Of a stretch of DNA of 64,000 nt, positions 31,308 through 42,062 are shown piece after piece (the first letter of the stretch is position 1; each line of letters opens with the position of its first letter). The DNA lies in contig CAVXPZ010000001.1 of assembly GCA_963763775.1 (NCBI GenBank), positions 1,056,001 through 1,120,000 on the forward strand. The letters run 5' to 3'. This stretch comes from an uncultured Chloroflexia bacterium (GTDB taxonomy: Bacteria > Chloroflexota > Limnocylindria > Limnocylindrales > CSP1-4). A program made the position numbers and the translations under genes. Under the pieces are notes generated by a model. That model was not told the origin of the DNA. It worked only from the letters and a program-made list of their open reading frames with translations, and searched no databases.

Positions 31308-32527
31308 AGACCGCTCCACGTCGCGCGGCCGCCCTCTCCGCCGTCGCCGCCGTGTTCGCGCTGCTCGTCTCGGTCGTCCCGGCCGGGGCAGCCAGCGCCC
31401 CCGTCCAGGGTGCCGCTCCCGCGGTCCCGGCCGCCGTCGGCGCGAGCCTCGTCCCGGTCGCCTCCGGCCTCGACCGCCCGGTGTTCGTCACGAACGCTCA
31501 TGACGGCTCTGATCGCCTCTTCGTCGTCGAGCAGCCCGGCCGGGTCCGGGTCATCGACAGCGGCGGCACGCTCCTCCCGACCCCGTTGCTGGACATCAGC
31601 AGCTCGGTGGCGTCGGGCGATGAACAGGGCCTCCTCGGCCTGGCGTTCCACCCGAAGTTCACGACCAACCGCAAGTTCTACGTCTATTTCACGAACGTGC
31701 GCGGCGACATCGCGGTGAACCAGTACCGGGTGTCGGCGTCGGATCCGAACGTCGTGGAGCCCGGCAGCGGGATCCGGATCATCACGATCGACCATCCCCC
31801 GGCGAGGAACCACAACGGCGGGATGCTGGCGTTCGGCAAGGACGGCTACCTGTACATCGGGACCGGGGACGGCGGGAGCGCCGGTGACCCCGGCAACCGC
31901 GCGCAGAACAAGGACGTCCTCCTTGGCAAGATCCTGCGCATCGATGTCGATCACGGCGGGGGCTCGCGGCACTACTCCAGCCCCAAGACCAACCCGTTCG
32001 TCGGCAGGGCCGGGCGGAACGAGATCTGGTCGTACGGTCTCCGCAACCCGTGGCGCTTCTCGTTCGACCGCGTGACCGGCGACATCTGGATCGGCGATGT
32101 CGGGCAGAACCGCTACGAGGAGATCGACCGAGGCAAGCGGACGACCACCGCCACACGCAACGGGCGGGGCGCGAACTACGGCTGGCGCGTGATGGAAGGC
32201 AACCACTGCTACCGCCCGAGCTCCGGCTGCAACCGGTCCGGCAAGGTCCGGCCGATCTCCGAGTACTCGCATGCGAGCGGTCGATGCTCGGTCGTCGGCG
32301 GCTATGTCTACCGCGGCACGATGTCGCCCGGACTCGCCGGGCGCTACATCTTCGGCGACTTCTGCGCGGGGCAGATCCGCTCGCTCTCGCGAACGGCGAC
32401 GACCGGATCCCGGTCCAACGTCCTGCTCTCGACCGGTCTGATGATCACGTCCTTCGGCGAGGACGAGGGCGGCGAGATCTACGTGACGGACCTCGGCGGG
32501 TCGGTCAACCGCATCTCTGCCAGCTGA
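31304..32527 (+). CDS. Secreted PQQ-dependent sugar dehydrogenase (GSDH family), copy 1; start uncertain (CTG 31304 or GTG 31352)
   Basis: Signal peptide; 'EQGLLGLAFHP', 'NHNGG', 'GDGG', 'GLRNPWRFSFD', 'DVGQ'. Confidence 0.9.
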   Translation: MKTAPRRAAALSAVAAVFALLVSVVPAGAASAPVQGAAPAVPAAVGASLVPVASGLDRPVFVTNAHDGSDRLFVVEQPGRVRVIDSGGTLLPTPLLDISSSVASGDEQGLLGLAFHPKFTTNRKFYVYFTNVRGDIAVNQYRVSASDPNVVEPGSGIRIITIDHPPARNHNGGMLAFGKDGYLYIGTGDGGSAGDPGNRAQNKDVLLGKILRIDVDHGGGSRHYSSPKTNPFVGRAGRNEIWSYGLRNPWRFSFDRVTGDIWIGDVGQNRYEEIDRGKRTTTATRNGRGANYGWRVMEGNHCYRPSSGCNRSGKVRPISEYSHASGRCSVVGGYVYRGTMSPGLAGRYIFGDFCAGQIRSLSRTATTGSRSNVLLSTGLMITSFGEDEGGEIYVTDLGGSVNRISAS

Positions 32528-32622
32528 CGGCCCGGCCCTACCTTCGCCGGTCGGGCCCCGTGGTATCGTTGCGGTGTCAACGACCCGGTATCCCCTGTCC
32601 GAGGGTGTAGCATCTCAGCGCC

Positions 32623-33159
32623 ATGACCGTCACCAGACCAGCCGACCGCCGGCTCACCGCCCACGACGCGCGCCTCGCGCCGTGGCGCTCGTTCCTCCAG
32701 GCGCATGCCCGAGTGGCGCGGCGCCTCGATGACGAGCTTCGCGCCGAGCACGATCTGTCGGTCGCCGAGTACGACGCGCTGCTCAACATCGCCGAGGCAC
32801 CGGCCAGGCGGATCCGGATGAGCCAACTCGCGGACCGGGTCGTGCTGAGCAAGAGCGGCGTCACCCGTCTGATCGACCGGCTCGTGGAGGATGGCCTCGT
32901 GGAGCGCAGCGCGTGCGTCTCCGACGCGCGCGGTGCCGAAGCCGTCCTGACCGAGGCCGGACTCGCGCGTCTGCGGGCGGCGTCCCGCACCCACCTCCGA
33001 GGCATCGAGGACCACTTCCTCGACGTCATCGACCCCGCGGATCTCGACGTGGTGGGGCAGGCCCTCCAGGCCGTCGCCGACCGAGCCGGCGCCGGTCCGA
33101 CCGACCCCGGCATCTGCGCGCCCGACGCCGCCGCACCGGACGTCGCCGCGCGGCGCTGA
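32623..33159 (+). CDS. MarR family transcriptional regulator
   Basis: 'EYDALL', 'LSKSGVTRLIDRL', 'DARG...LTEAG'. Confidence 0.92.
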   Translation: MTVTRPADRRLTAHDARLAPWRSFLQAHARVARRLDDELRAEHDLSVAEYDALLNIAEAPARRIRMSQLADRVVLSKSGVTRLIDRLVEDGLVERSACVSDARGAEAVLTEAGLARLRAASRTHLRGIEDHFLDVIDPADLDVVGQALQAVADRAGAGPTDPGICAPDAAAPDVAARR

Positions 33160-33165
33160 CCGGTC

Positions 33166-33894
33166 GTGCCCGGGCGCCTGTACGTCGGGACGAGTGGCTT
33201 CGCGTATCCCGGCTGGGCGCCGCGCTTCTATCCGGCCGGTCTGCGCGGCGACGGATTCCTGACCCACTACGCGTCGCGGCTGTCCGCCGTCGAACTGAAC
33301 AACACGTTCTACCAGCAGCCGTCCGCGGCCAAGGTCGCCGCCTGGCTGGCCGCGACTCCGACGACCTTCCGGTTCGTGGTCAAGGCGCAGCGCGGCGGGA
33401 CCTATCGCTCCTTCGCCGAGCCGACGCCCGGCCTGCCGTGGCTGACCGACCCGTACCGCGCCTTCGGGGAACGGCTGGGCGCCGTCCTGTTCCGCGTGCC
33501 CGACGGGTCGCGCCGCGATGACGCGCGTCTCGCGGCCTTCCTCTCGGCGTGGCCGCGCGACCTGCCCCTGGCGATGGAGTTCCAGGATCCGGGCTGGCAC
33601 GTCGACGAGACGTTCGCCGCCCTGAGCGCCGCCGGGGCCTCGCTGACCACGACCGAGCTCCCCGAGGACGAGACGCCGCCGACCATCCGCCGCATCGGGC
33701 GGTTCCTCGATCTGCGGTTGCGCCGCCACGACTATTCGGCGGCCGAGCTGTCCGCGTGGGCCGCCCGTCTGGAGCCGTTCCTCGCCGATGGCGTCGATGC
33801 CTTCGTGTTCTTCCGCCACGACGACAGCGGGCGCGGACCCGAGCTGGCGCTCGAGCTCTCCGAACGGCTCATGGATGTGGCGCCGGGCGCCTGA
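33166..33894 (+). CDS. DUF72 domain protein
   Basis: 'YVGTSGFAY', 'VELNNTFY', 'FRFVVKA'. Confidence 0.9.
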   Translation: MPGRLYVGTSGFAYPGWAPRFYPAGLRGDGFLTHYASRLSAVELNNTFYQQPSAAKVAAWLAATPTTFRFVVKAQRGGTYRSFAEPTPGLPWLTDPYRAFGERLGAVLFRVPDGSRRDDARLAAFLSAWPRDLPLAMEFQDPGWHVDETFAALSAAGASLTTTELPEDETPPTIRRIGRFLDLRLRRHDYSAAELSAWAARLEPFLADGVDAFVFFRHDDSGRGPELALELSERLMDVAPGA

Positions 33895-33948
33895 GGGAGG
33901 GCGCGTCGCGGGTGGCGCCGGGTCGGTGCGCGCTGCTACGATCGGTCG

Positions 33949-34664
33949 ATGACGGCGGCACCGATCATCCTGGTCCCGGGGTTCTGGCTCGGTGCGTGGG
34001 CGTGGGACGAGGTCGGCGCCACGCTTCGAGCCGCCGGCCACGACGTGACGGCCCTGACCCTGCCCGGCCTGGAGTCGGCCGACGTCGACCGCTCGACGAT
34101 CCATCTCGTCGACCACGTCGACGCGATCGTCGACGCCATCGAGGCCGCCGATCGGCCGGTCGTCCTGGCCGTCCACAGCGCGAGCGGGTTCAGCGGCTAC
34201 GCCGCGAGCGACCGCGTGCCGGAGCGGATCGCCGCGATGGTCTACGTCGACACGGCGCCAGGCAAGGGAGCGCTCGACCCGGACTTCGCAGACGTCGAGA
34301 AGCCGATGGTCTGGGATGACATCGTGGCGGAGGAGAACCTCGACGGCCTGACGACGCGCAGAAGGAGACCTTCCGCCAGCGGGCCGTCCCGGTGCCGGGC
34401 AGCCTGATCCGCGAGAGCGCCGAGCTGACGAACGACGCCCGCCGCGACATCCCGAGCACCTTCATCTGCACGGGGTTCTCCGCCGAGGCGTACCAGCAGT
34501 ACGCCAGGGAGCATCCGGAATGGGCGTTCCTCGCCGGCATCCCCGAGCTGCGCGACACGACCTGGATCGACCTGCCCACGAGCCACTGGCCCATGTGGTC
34601 GCGGCCGGCCGAGCTCGCCGCGATCATCGGCGACGTCGCCACGGCGCACGGCTCCGACCGCTAG
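33949..34664 (+). CDS. Alpha/beta hydrolase (frameshift near 34355)
   Basis: 'LVPGFWLGAWAW', 'VHSASG', 'SHWPMWSRP'. Confidence 0.88.
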
Positions 34665-34993
34665 CCCCTCGCGCGGTCGCCCTCGGCCGGGCCGAAGAAC
34701 ACGACGAGTTCCAGGCGCTCCGTGATGTCGTGGAACCGATGCGGGACGGTGGCGGCCACGAACACCAGGGAGCCGGCGCGCACGGTCCGCTCCTCGTCGC
34801 CGACGGTGACCGTCGCGGCGCCGCGGGCGACGTAGTAGAGCTCGTCCTCCGTGTGCGGCGACTGGGGGTCCGTCCCGCCGGCCTCGATCACGTACAGGCC
34901 CGCCGACAGGTCGGGGACGCGGAGGAACTCCTCATACAGCACCCCGCGGTCCACGCGTCGTCGCTCGATCTCGTCCAGCTCCCAGGCTTCCAT
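34661..34993 (-). CDS. Cupin domain protein
   Basis: 'DPQSPHTEDELYYV', 'HRFHDI'; AGGAGG RBS. Confidence 0.9.
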   Translation of the reverse strand: MEAWELDEIERRRVDRGVLYEEFLRVPDLSAGLYVIEAGGTDPQSPHTEDELYYVARGAATVTVGDEERTVRAGSLVFVAATVPHRFHDITERLELVVFFGPAEGDRARG

Positions 34994-36429
34994 GGATCAA
35001 CCCTCCTGCTGACTCGATGGCGGTGGTGTTCGCCGCCGCGGGCGACTCGCCGAGGAGTTCGGCCGCCGCGCGGTCCCGGTCGGCATCGCTGTCGAATGCG
35101 AGGAGCAGCATGCCCGTCCCGGCGACGAGGCGGAGGGCCGGTCGGGCGCCGCGGAGTGGGTAGACCGCCCCCGACGACAGGCGTCGGAGCTCCCCGAGGC
35201 CCACGGCGACGCCCTCGGGGCGGCCCTGACGTTCGATGATGAGGGTGGAGTCCGGCTCCACGCCCGTGACGACGGTCTGGAAGCGCAGCAGGTCGGCGGC
35301 GGCCTCGCGGACGTGGAGCGGGCCGGCGGCGGTCCGCAGGATCCCCGTGACCCGCAACGGGATCCGCCCGTCCACCGGCAGGCTCCTCGCCGGCTCTGGC
35401 AGCGGGCTGCGAGGCGCGGCGGTAGATGAGGTATCCCCCGGCGACCCCGACGAGGATGACGCCGGCCAGGATCCCGCAGATGGCCGCGATGCCCAACGCT
35501 GCCACCGCGCCATGCGGCGCGTCGCCCTCGTCGAGGACGTAGTGCGGGCTGACCGTGATGCCGAGGCCATCGAAGTCGAGGCCGGTCGTCGTCGTGGCTT
35601 CGCTCACGGAGTGCTCGTCGCGGTGGAGGACGCCCGTGAACGTGGCCGGCAGGAACTCCGGTGACTCGGTCGTGACCACGACCACCCCGCGCAACGTCGT
35701 CGGGTCGTAGACCAGGACGTCGTACGAGTCGATCTCCGCGTCGTCGCACGTCCCGTCGACGTCGGCGTCGTGGGAGCAGACCGGGTACCAGTCGGCGGAC
35801 TGGGCACCGGCGATCGTCACCGGGGCGCCGTCGCCGGGGAGCGCGGCAAGATCGGCCGAGGTGGACGGCGTGGCGACGCCCACCGTCGCGTCGACGTAGC
35901 GCTGGTCGTCGAGCACGATATCGAGCGCGGCGATCGTGTCGGAGAAGTACTGCCGATCCTCGGCGACGTACGTCGGATCCACGTGCACCTGCCCCGCGCG
36001 GCGCACCTGGAACACGTCGGTCGGTGGACGCTGCGAGCGCACGGTCACGCCGGCACGGGTCGTCGGGTCGACGAGGAAGTAGTACCAGGCGGCCGTCGCC
36101 TCGCCGTCGTCGCGGACGTCGTTGGCGTTGGTGTCGAAGTAGGTCTCGACGTAGCCGCTCGACACCGAGCCCGACATCGCCGCGAAGGCGTGGTTCCCGA
36201 GGTCGGTCTCGCCGACGGCCGGCCCGAGCACGCGAGCGATCGGCGCATCGGCGGCTTCGAGCCCGCTGCTGACCAGGAGCCCGGCGAGGAACACCAGCCC
36301 GGCCGCGACCGCGATCGACCCCGGCCGGACGCCGAGCGGGTCGCTGGTGGAGCGGCGCGTGAACAGTCGAGCGAAGCGGTCCGCTCGGTCGGCGAGGGCG
36401 CCGGCGCCGGAGATCAGGCGGTCGATCAT
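34932..36429 (-). CDS. Hypothetical two-TM membrane protein with a duplicated acidic extracytoplasmic domain (frameshift near 35410; 3' end uncertain)
   Basis: ATG 36429 with GGAGG RBS; TM, two homologous repeats, TM, cytoplasmic C-terminal domain. Confidence 0.65.
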
Positions 36430-36500
36430 CGTGCCTCCGCCGGGAGGGTAGCAGGGCGCCATCGGTGCTCGATACGGCGTCCTGCCGTAGCATCCTGCCG

Positions 36501-37791
36501 ATGCCGATGCCCTTGCGACCACCCACGGGACGTCCATTCCGTTGGCTTGCGGTCATGCTCGTCGCGCGTCCTCGCGGCTGGCTGCACGCTGGTCGAGCCC
36601 TCGTCGACGGTCCGTCCGTCCGCGACGATCGCGCCACCGTCGCCCAGTGCGTCACCGGCGCCGACCCCGCCGGCCACGACCACCCCGGTCCCGACCGTGA
36701 CCGCCGCGCCGGCGAGCATCCGGCTCGACAAGGTCGCCGAGGGCTTCGACCAGCCGCTCGATGTCGCCGTCCCGGAGGACGGCACCGGGCGGATCTTCGT
36801 CGTCGAGCAGGGCGGGCGGATCCGGATCGTGCGTGACGGGACCGTCGACCAGACGCCGTTCCTCGACATCAGCGACCGCATCAGCGCCGGCGGCGAGCGG
36901 GGCCTGCTCGGGATGGCGCTGCATCCGGACTATCCCAGCGACGGCCGGATCTTCGTCGACTACACGGACAAGGACGGCAACACGGTGGTCTCTTCGTTCG
37001 AGACGTCGCTCGACGCGGACGTCATCGATCCGGGCACCGAGAAGGTCCTGCTCCGGGTCCAGCAGCCCTACCCCAACCACAACGGCGGTTCGGTCGTGTT
37101 CGGGGGCGACGGGATGCTGTACATCGGGATGGGTGACGGCGGGTCCGGCGGCGACCCGCAAGGGAACGGCCAGAACCTCGGGACGATGCTCGGCAAGATC
37201 CTGCGGATCGATGTGGACGTGGCAGCCGGGAACGACGGCCCCTACGCGATCCCCGAGGACAACCCGTACGCCGACGGCGCGGACGGCGCTCGACCGGAGA
37301 TCTGGGCGAGCGGGCTGCGCAACCCGTGGAGGATGCGGTTCGACGGGGCCACCGGCGACCTGTGGGTCGGTGACGTCGGGCAGGCGGCCTGGGAGGAGGT
37401 CGACGTGATCCGGGCGGGCACCGGTGGACTCGACCTGGGATGGAACGTCATGGAGGCGACCCACTGCTACCAGCCCGCCCAGGGCTGCGACCAGACGGGT
37501 CTCACGTTGCCCGTCGCGGAGTACGGGCACGATCTCGGGTGCGCGATCGTGGGCGGCGTCGTGGTCCATGACCACACGATGCCGACGATCGACGGGCGCT
37601 ACATCTTCTCGGACGACTGCACCGGCAACATCTGGGTGATCGATACGGGGGGCGCGGCCTTGCGGGATCCGACGCTCGTGCTCGACAGCGGGCGCGCCAT
37701 CAGCGCCATCGCGCAGGACAGCACCGGCGCGGTCTACATGACCGACCTGGGCAGCGGCGAGCTGCTGCGGGTGGCGGAGGCCGGAAGCTAG
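36501..37791 (+). CDS. Lipoprotein PQQ-dependent sugar dehydrogenase (GSDH family), copy 2; frameshift near 36565
   Basis: Lipobox 'LAAGC', Pro/Thr linker, 'ERGLLGMALHP', 'NHNGG', 'GLRNPWR'. Confidence 0.9.
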
Positions 37792-37958
37792 ACGAGCGGC
37801 GGGGGCTCGGGCCCGGCGTCGCGCTGTCAGGCGATTGTGATGTCCCGGGGAGGTCCTGTAGCCCGCCGACTCTCGCCGGTCGCAGAGATTGATGACCCGC
37901 CCCGATACCGGGGCATCACACGACCAGTGGGGTGACCCACCTGGGATGGAGGTTGGAT

Positions 37959-38240
37959 ATGAGCATCATCGCGTGGATCGTCCTTGGGGCGATCGCCGGG
38001 TACATCGCCGGCTTCCTCGTCAAGGGTGACGAGGGTCTCGGGGTCATCGGCCACATCGTGCTCGGCATCGTCGGCGCCCTGGTCGGCGGGTTCCTTGCCA
38101 GCGTCCTCTTCGACTCGCACCCGATCGATGGCGCCCTCGACGTCAGCTCGATCGTCGTGTCGGTCATCGGTGCGGTCATCGTCGTGCTCGTCGTCGGCGC
38201 GGTCACCGGGCGGCGGAGCGTCGGCCGAGGGTCGATCTAG
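37959..38240 (+). CDS. GlsB/YeaQ/YmgE family stress membrane protein
   Basis: 'IIAWIVLGAIAG...IVLGIVGALVGG'; GGAGG RBS. Confidence 0.92.
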   Translation: MSIIAWIVLGAIAGYIAGFLVKGDEGLGVIGHIVLGIVGALVGGFLASVLFDSHPIDGALDVSSIVVSVIGAVIVVLVVGAVTGRRSVGRGSI

Positions 38241-38272
38241 CTCTCGCGAACACCTGCACTCGCGAACACATG

Positions 38273-38303
38273 GGACACCCGCCCCGGCCCAGGGCGGGTG
38301 TCC
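38273..38303 (+). terminator. 12-bp GC hairpin GGACACCCGCCC-N7-GGGCGGGTGTCC
   Basis: Perfect inverted repeat 33 nt after the stop; pyrimidine-rich but weak U-tract. Confidence 0.6.
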
Positions 38304-38520
38304 TCCTCTGTCGGCGACAACGGCATCCTTCTGCAAGGTCCTGCCGCGTCCCTGAAGCCTGACCGAGGCCCCGCCACCCGCACGGTGAGCGGCGTCGGCC
38401 CCCGTGCCACTGGGGGTTCCGGGGGCCGACTTGCTCGTTGCCAACGACGGGAAGCGCTTCTGACGGAGCGCTCGCCACCCGTCATCTCCGGCAAGCGGCC
38501 GGTCAAGGAGGACCTGGATC

Positions 38521-38877
38521 ATGACCACCACGATCGCCACACCATCGAACAGCCCCATCGACGGCGCCGCCGAGACCGTTCGCTCGGTCGCCGGCAGCGT
38601 CGCCGCCCGAGTGCCGGAAGCGGCGTCCACGACACGCGACGTCCTCGTCGAAGCCGATCGGCGGCTGCGCACCGGGTCGGACCAGATGCTCGCGATCGGC
38701 GCCGCGCTGTCGTTCGGCCTCGCGATGGGCCTCCTGCTCGGTGGGGCCGGCCGGCTGCTCGTGGCCGCCGCGCTGGCACCGGCCGCCGCGATGGGACTCC
38801 GCCTGATCGACCGCGAGACGGCGGGTATCCGCGGGCCGCGGGTCGACCACCCGCTGAACCAGCTGCAATACCGCTGA
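38521..38877 (+). CDS. Hypothetical small membrane protein
   Basis: AAGGAGG RBS; amphipathic N-half, hydrophobic hairpin in the C-half. Confidence 0.7.
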   Translation: MTTTIATPSNSPIDGAAETVRSVAGSVAARVPEAASTTRDVLVEADRRLRTGSDQMLAIGAALSFGLAMGLLLGGAGRLLVAAALAPAAAMGLRLIDRETAGIRGPRVDHPLNQLQYR

Positions 38878-38977
38878 TAGCGCGGACGGCGCCACGACGT
38901 CCGGCGCGACACGGCTCGAGGACTACGGTCGTGGCACGCCACCCATCCAGGGCGGCACCCCACCGGAGGAGCACACC

Positions 38978-39166
38978 ATGGACGAGGCCAAGAAGACCTA
39001 TCGCGAGACCGAACAGGACGCGAAGGAGACGTGGCGCCGCTCCGACGGCGACGAGGATCTCGGCGACAAGGTCGGCAACGCCGGGGACGAGATCCGCAAG
39101 GACCTCGGCAACGCCGGCGACGACGTGCGCCGGGAGACCGACCGCGTCGCCCAGCCGCCGCGCTGA
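38978..39166 (+). CDS. Small hydrophilic CsbD/LEA-like protein (62 aa)
   Basis: GGAGGAG RBS; highly charged; 11-aa repeat 'VGNAGDEIRKD/LGNAGDDVRRE'. Confidence 0.7.
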   Translation: MDEAKKTYRETEQDAKETWRRSDGDEDLGDKVGNAGDEIRKDLGNAGDDVRRETDRVAQPPR

Positions 39167-39234
39167 CCGGACCCGATCCGATGATGAGCCCCGGTTCCCC
39201 CCGGGGCTCATCGCGCGCCCACGGGACGACGGGC

Positions 39235-39907
39235 ATGGACGCCGACCGGACCTTCCTCGAGATCCTCTCGCATGAGATCCGCACGCCGATCACAGCCCTC
39301 TACGTCGGGACTCGCCTCCTGGCCGATCGGGACCTCTCCGACGGGTACCGCCGCGCGGTGACGGGCGACCTCGTCATCGAGGTCGAGCGCCTCTACCGTC
39401 TCGTGGAGGATCTCCTGGTCCTCGGCCGGCTGGAGCGAGGCGCGCTGGAGCCGGAGCGGCTGCCGGTCGCCCTGGGCCGGGTCGCCCTCGACGCCATCTC
39501 GGCCGAGGACGCCCTCGCGCACGACCAACGGATCTCCTACACGGGCCCACGCGACCTCGCCGCGGACGCGGCCGATCCGGCCCTGGTGCGGCACGTGGTT
39601 CGAAACCTGCTCGACAACGCGCTCCGGGCCAGTCGCCCACACGACCTCGTCGAGGTCGTCGTGGCGAGCACGGAGCACGAGGTCTCGGTCCGCGTCCTCG
39701 ACCACGGGGATGGCGGCCTGGGCGGCGCGGCGGCGTTCTTGCTGTCCCCCGGACGCGACGGCCACCCAGGCCCAGCGCGCCGGCGGCGGTCTGGGCCTGC
39801 TCGTCATCGGCCGGCTGGTCGAAGCGATGGGCGGGCGGGTCTGGGCCCGGCGGCGAGACCCGCGCGGTGCGGAATTCGGGTTCGCCCTGCCCCGGTCCCC
39901 GAACTAG
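39235..39907 (+). CDS. Sensor-less histidine kinase (HisKA + HATPase); frameshift near 39750
   Basis: 'SHEIRTP', 'NLLDNA', 'DHGDG', 'GGGLGL', 'MGGRVW...GAEF'. Confidence 0.8.
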
Positions 39908-40527
39908 CGAGGCTCGGGCGTCGGCGGGCGTGGCGCCGAGAGTTCCGCGGCCTCCATGGGCACGGGCCGGATGAAGGAGACGTGCCGCCCGGGCCCATCG
40001 CCGTCCTTCACGAGCCGGAACTCGACAGGGCGGTCCGGGCCGCCGTCGCCGGGTCGCACGATCGACGTGCTGTGGAGCTCGCCGGTGTCGCGCAGCAGCT
40101 GCAGGATCCACGGGACCGCCGCCCCATAGTCCGGGACGGTGAAGTCGCCGGGCACCCGGGCGCGCAAGCCGGGCAGGTCCACACCCAGCAACCGTAAGGC
40201 CGCGCCGTTCGCCTCGACGTAGTGGCCGTCGTCGTCGACGACGACCCGGGCGGTCGCCGGGTCCTCCCACCAATGCGGCCCGCGCCCGAACGGGCTGAAC
40301 CGGCCGTCGCGGTAGACGTACCAGGCGACGCCGACGAACGAGGCGAGGGCCTCCTGCGGCCGGACGACCGCGCGCGGGAAGATCGGGCGAAGCGCGCGCT
40401 GGAGGGCGGCCGGCGTGTCCCCGGACACGGAATCGAACGTCTGCCGCACGAGCGAGGCGAACAGCACGTCCTCGGGCGGGAAGCAGAGCAAGGCGACGTC
40501 GCGGACGACCAGCGGCGTGTATGGCAC
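39904..40527 (-). CDS. Stand-alone PAS-domain protein
   Basis: 'VVVDDDGHYVEANGAALRLLG' PAS pattern in the C-half; AGGAGAGG RBS. Confidence 0.7.
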   Translation of the reverse strand: MPYTPLVVRDVALLCFPPEDVLFASLVRQTFDSVSGDTPAALQRALRPIFPRAVVRPQEALASFVGVAWYVYRDGRFSPFGRGPHWWEDPATARVVVDDDGHYVEANGAALRLLGVDLPGLRARVPGDFTVPDYGAAVPWILQLLRDTGELHSTSIVRPGDGGPDRPVEFRLVKDGDGPGRHVSFIRPVPMEAAELSAPRPPTPEPR

Positions 40528-40542
40528 GAGGGGCCCCTCTCC

Positions 40543-41858
40543 TCAGATCAGCCACGAACGCGACCCGCACTCTCCCGGCGGTCGTCGACCCGGATCGCGT
40601 CTCGGCGGTAGCGTCGCGGGCGCGACGTCGGACGTCAAGCCGCTCGCTCCTGGGTCCGCTGGCGCCGAGGCGCGGCCGCGTCGCCCGGTCGACTCGAGCC
40701 GGCCCCGACCGGCTACTGGCCGGAGGCCAGCACCTCGCGATCGGTCGGCGGCGCGTCCGCCGACCCGGGCGTCGGCGAGCCGCGTGACGCCATCGTCCGG
40801 CGTGCCGCTGCCCTCGCCGACCATGGTCTGGTACACCGCCTCGTACCCGTCGGTCATGCGCTGCGCCGAGAACCGCTCGAGGACGGACGCGCGGATCGCC
40901 GCGCGATCGAGGCCGTCCACGCCGTCGACCTTGAAGGCGAGCTGGCCGATGTCGTCGCCGAAGAAGCCGTCGATGCCGTCGCGGATGATCTCCGGGAGGC
41001 CGCCGATGCGCCGGGCGATGACCGGCGTCCCGCAGGCGAGCGCCTCGATCGCGACGAGACCGAACGGCTCCGGCCACGAGCCGGGCATCAGGGACGCGTA
41101 GCTCTCGGCGAACAGGCGATCGCGGTCCGCCTGGTCGAGCTCGCCGAGGAACTCGACGTCGCGAGCCGGCGGCCCGGAGGGCCGGCTGGAACACGTCGGT
41201 CGTTGTAGTCCCGCTCCGGCGGGTTGGGTCCGATCTTCGCCGCGATCCGCAAGGGCCGCCCGGCCTTCTGGGCGATCTCGATCGCCTCCACGATCCCCTT
41301 CTCGGGCGCCACGCGCCCCACGAAGCACAGGGCGTCGCTCCGTCGCCGCTCGAACGGGGCGTCCGTGAGGGTCAGGCCGTTGTGGACGACCGTCCAGGGC
41401 ACCTCGGGATGGGTCGACGCCTGGTTCGTGGCTGATCGCGACGAGCCCGTCCGGAGGGTCGCGGAAGGCGTCCACGCGCCCACGGGAGGTCGAGCCGGCC
41501 GTGGAACGTGGAGACCACCGGCACGGGCGAGACCCGCGCGAGCAGGAGGCTCGACCACTCGAGGTGGGAGTGGATGACGTCGAACTCGGCGGCGTGGTCC
41601 AGCACCTGGTGGATCGTCGAGAGGAAGTACGGGCAGGGATTCGCCGGTGTAGCCGATGGGCCGGAGGGCCTCGGGTACGGTCGCGACATGCCGACCGGCG
41701 ACCGCGGAGTCGCCGCTCGCGAAGGTCGTCACCTCGTGACCACGACGGTCGAGCTCCTGCACGAGCTCGAAGACGATCCGCTCGGTCCCGCCGTACGCGC
41801 GCGGAGGGACCCGTTCGAACGGGGGCGCGACCTGGGCGATGCGGAGCGGGTGGGTCAT
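40543..41858 (-). CDS. Glycosyltransferase family 4 (several frameshifts; 3' end uncertain)
   Basis: 'LRIAQVAPPFERVPPRAYGGTE', 'GRVAPEKG', 'WPEPFGLVAIEALACGTPV'. Confidence 0.9.
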
Positions 41859-42062
41859 GGGGCGATACCTCTGCGGATGATAGCCCCGGTGGTCACCATG
41901 GCCCGCGAAGCGAACCTACGGTATGGTCGGACCCGCAGTCGCCGCATCACACGGCCGAGCCAGCTGCCTCTCAGTCGCATGACAGTGACGAACGGCGCTC
42001 GGCGGCCACGGGAGGTCCGCGCTTGACGGCATCATCGGGCGACCGGCGCGCCATCACGAAGC

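Noticed and set aside
38242-38270. Direct repeat CTCGCGAACAC x2 after the GlsB-family gene
   Set aside because: Only two short copies next to a terminator; no support for a function.
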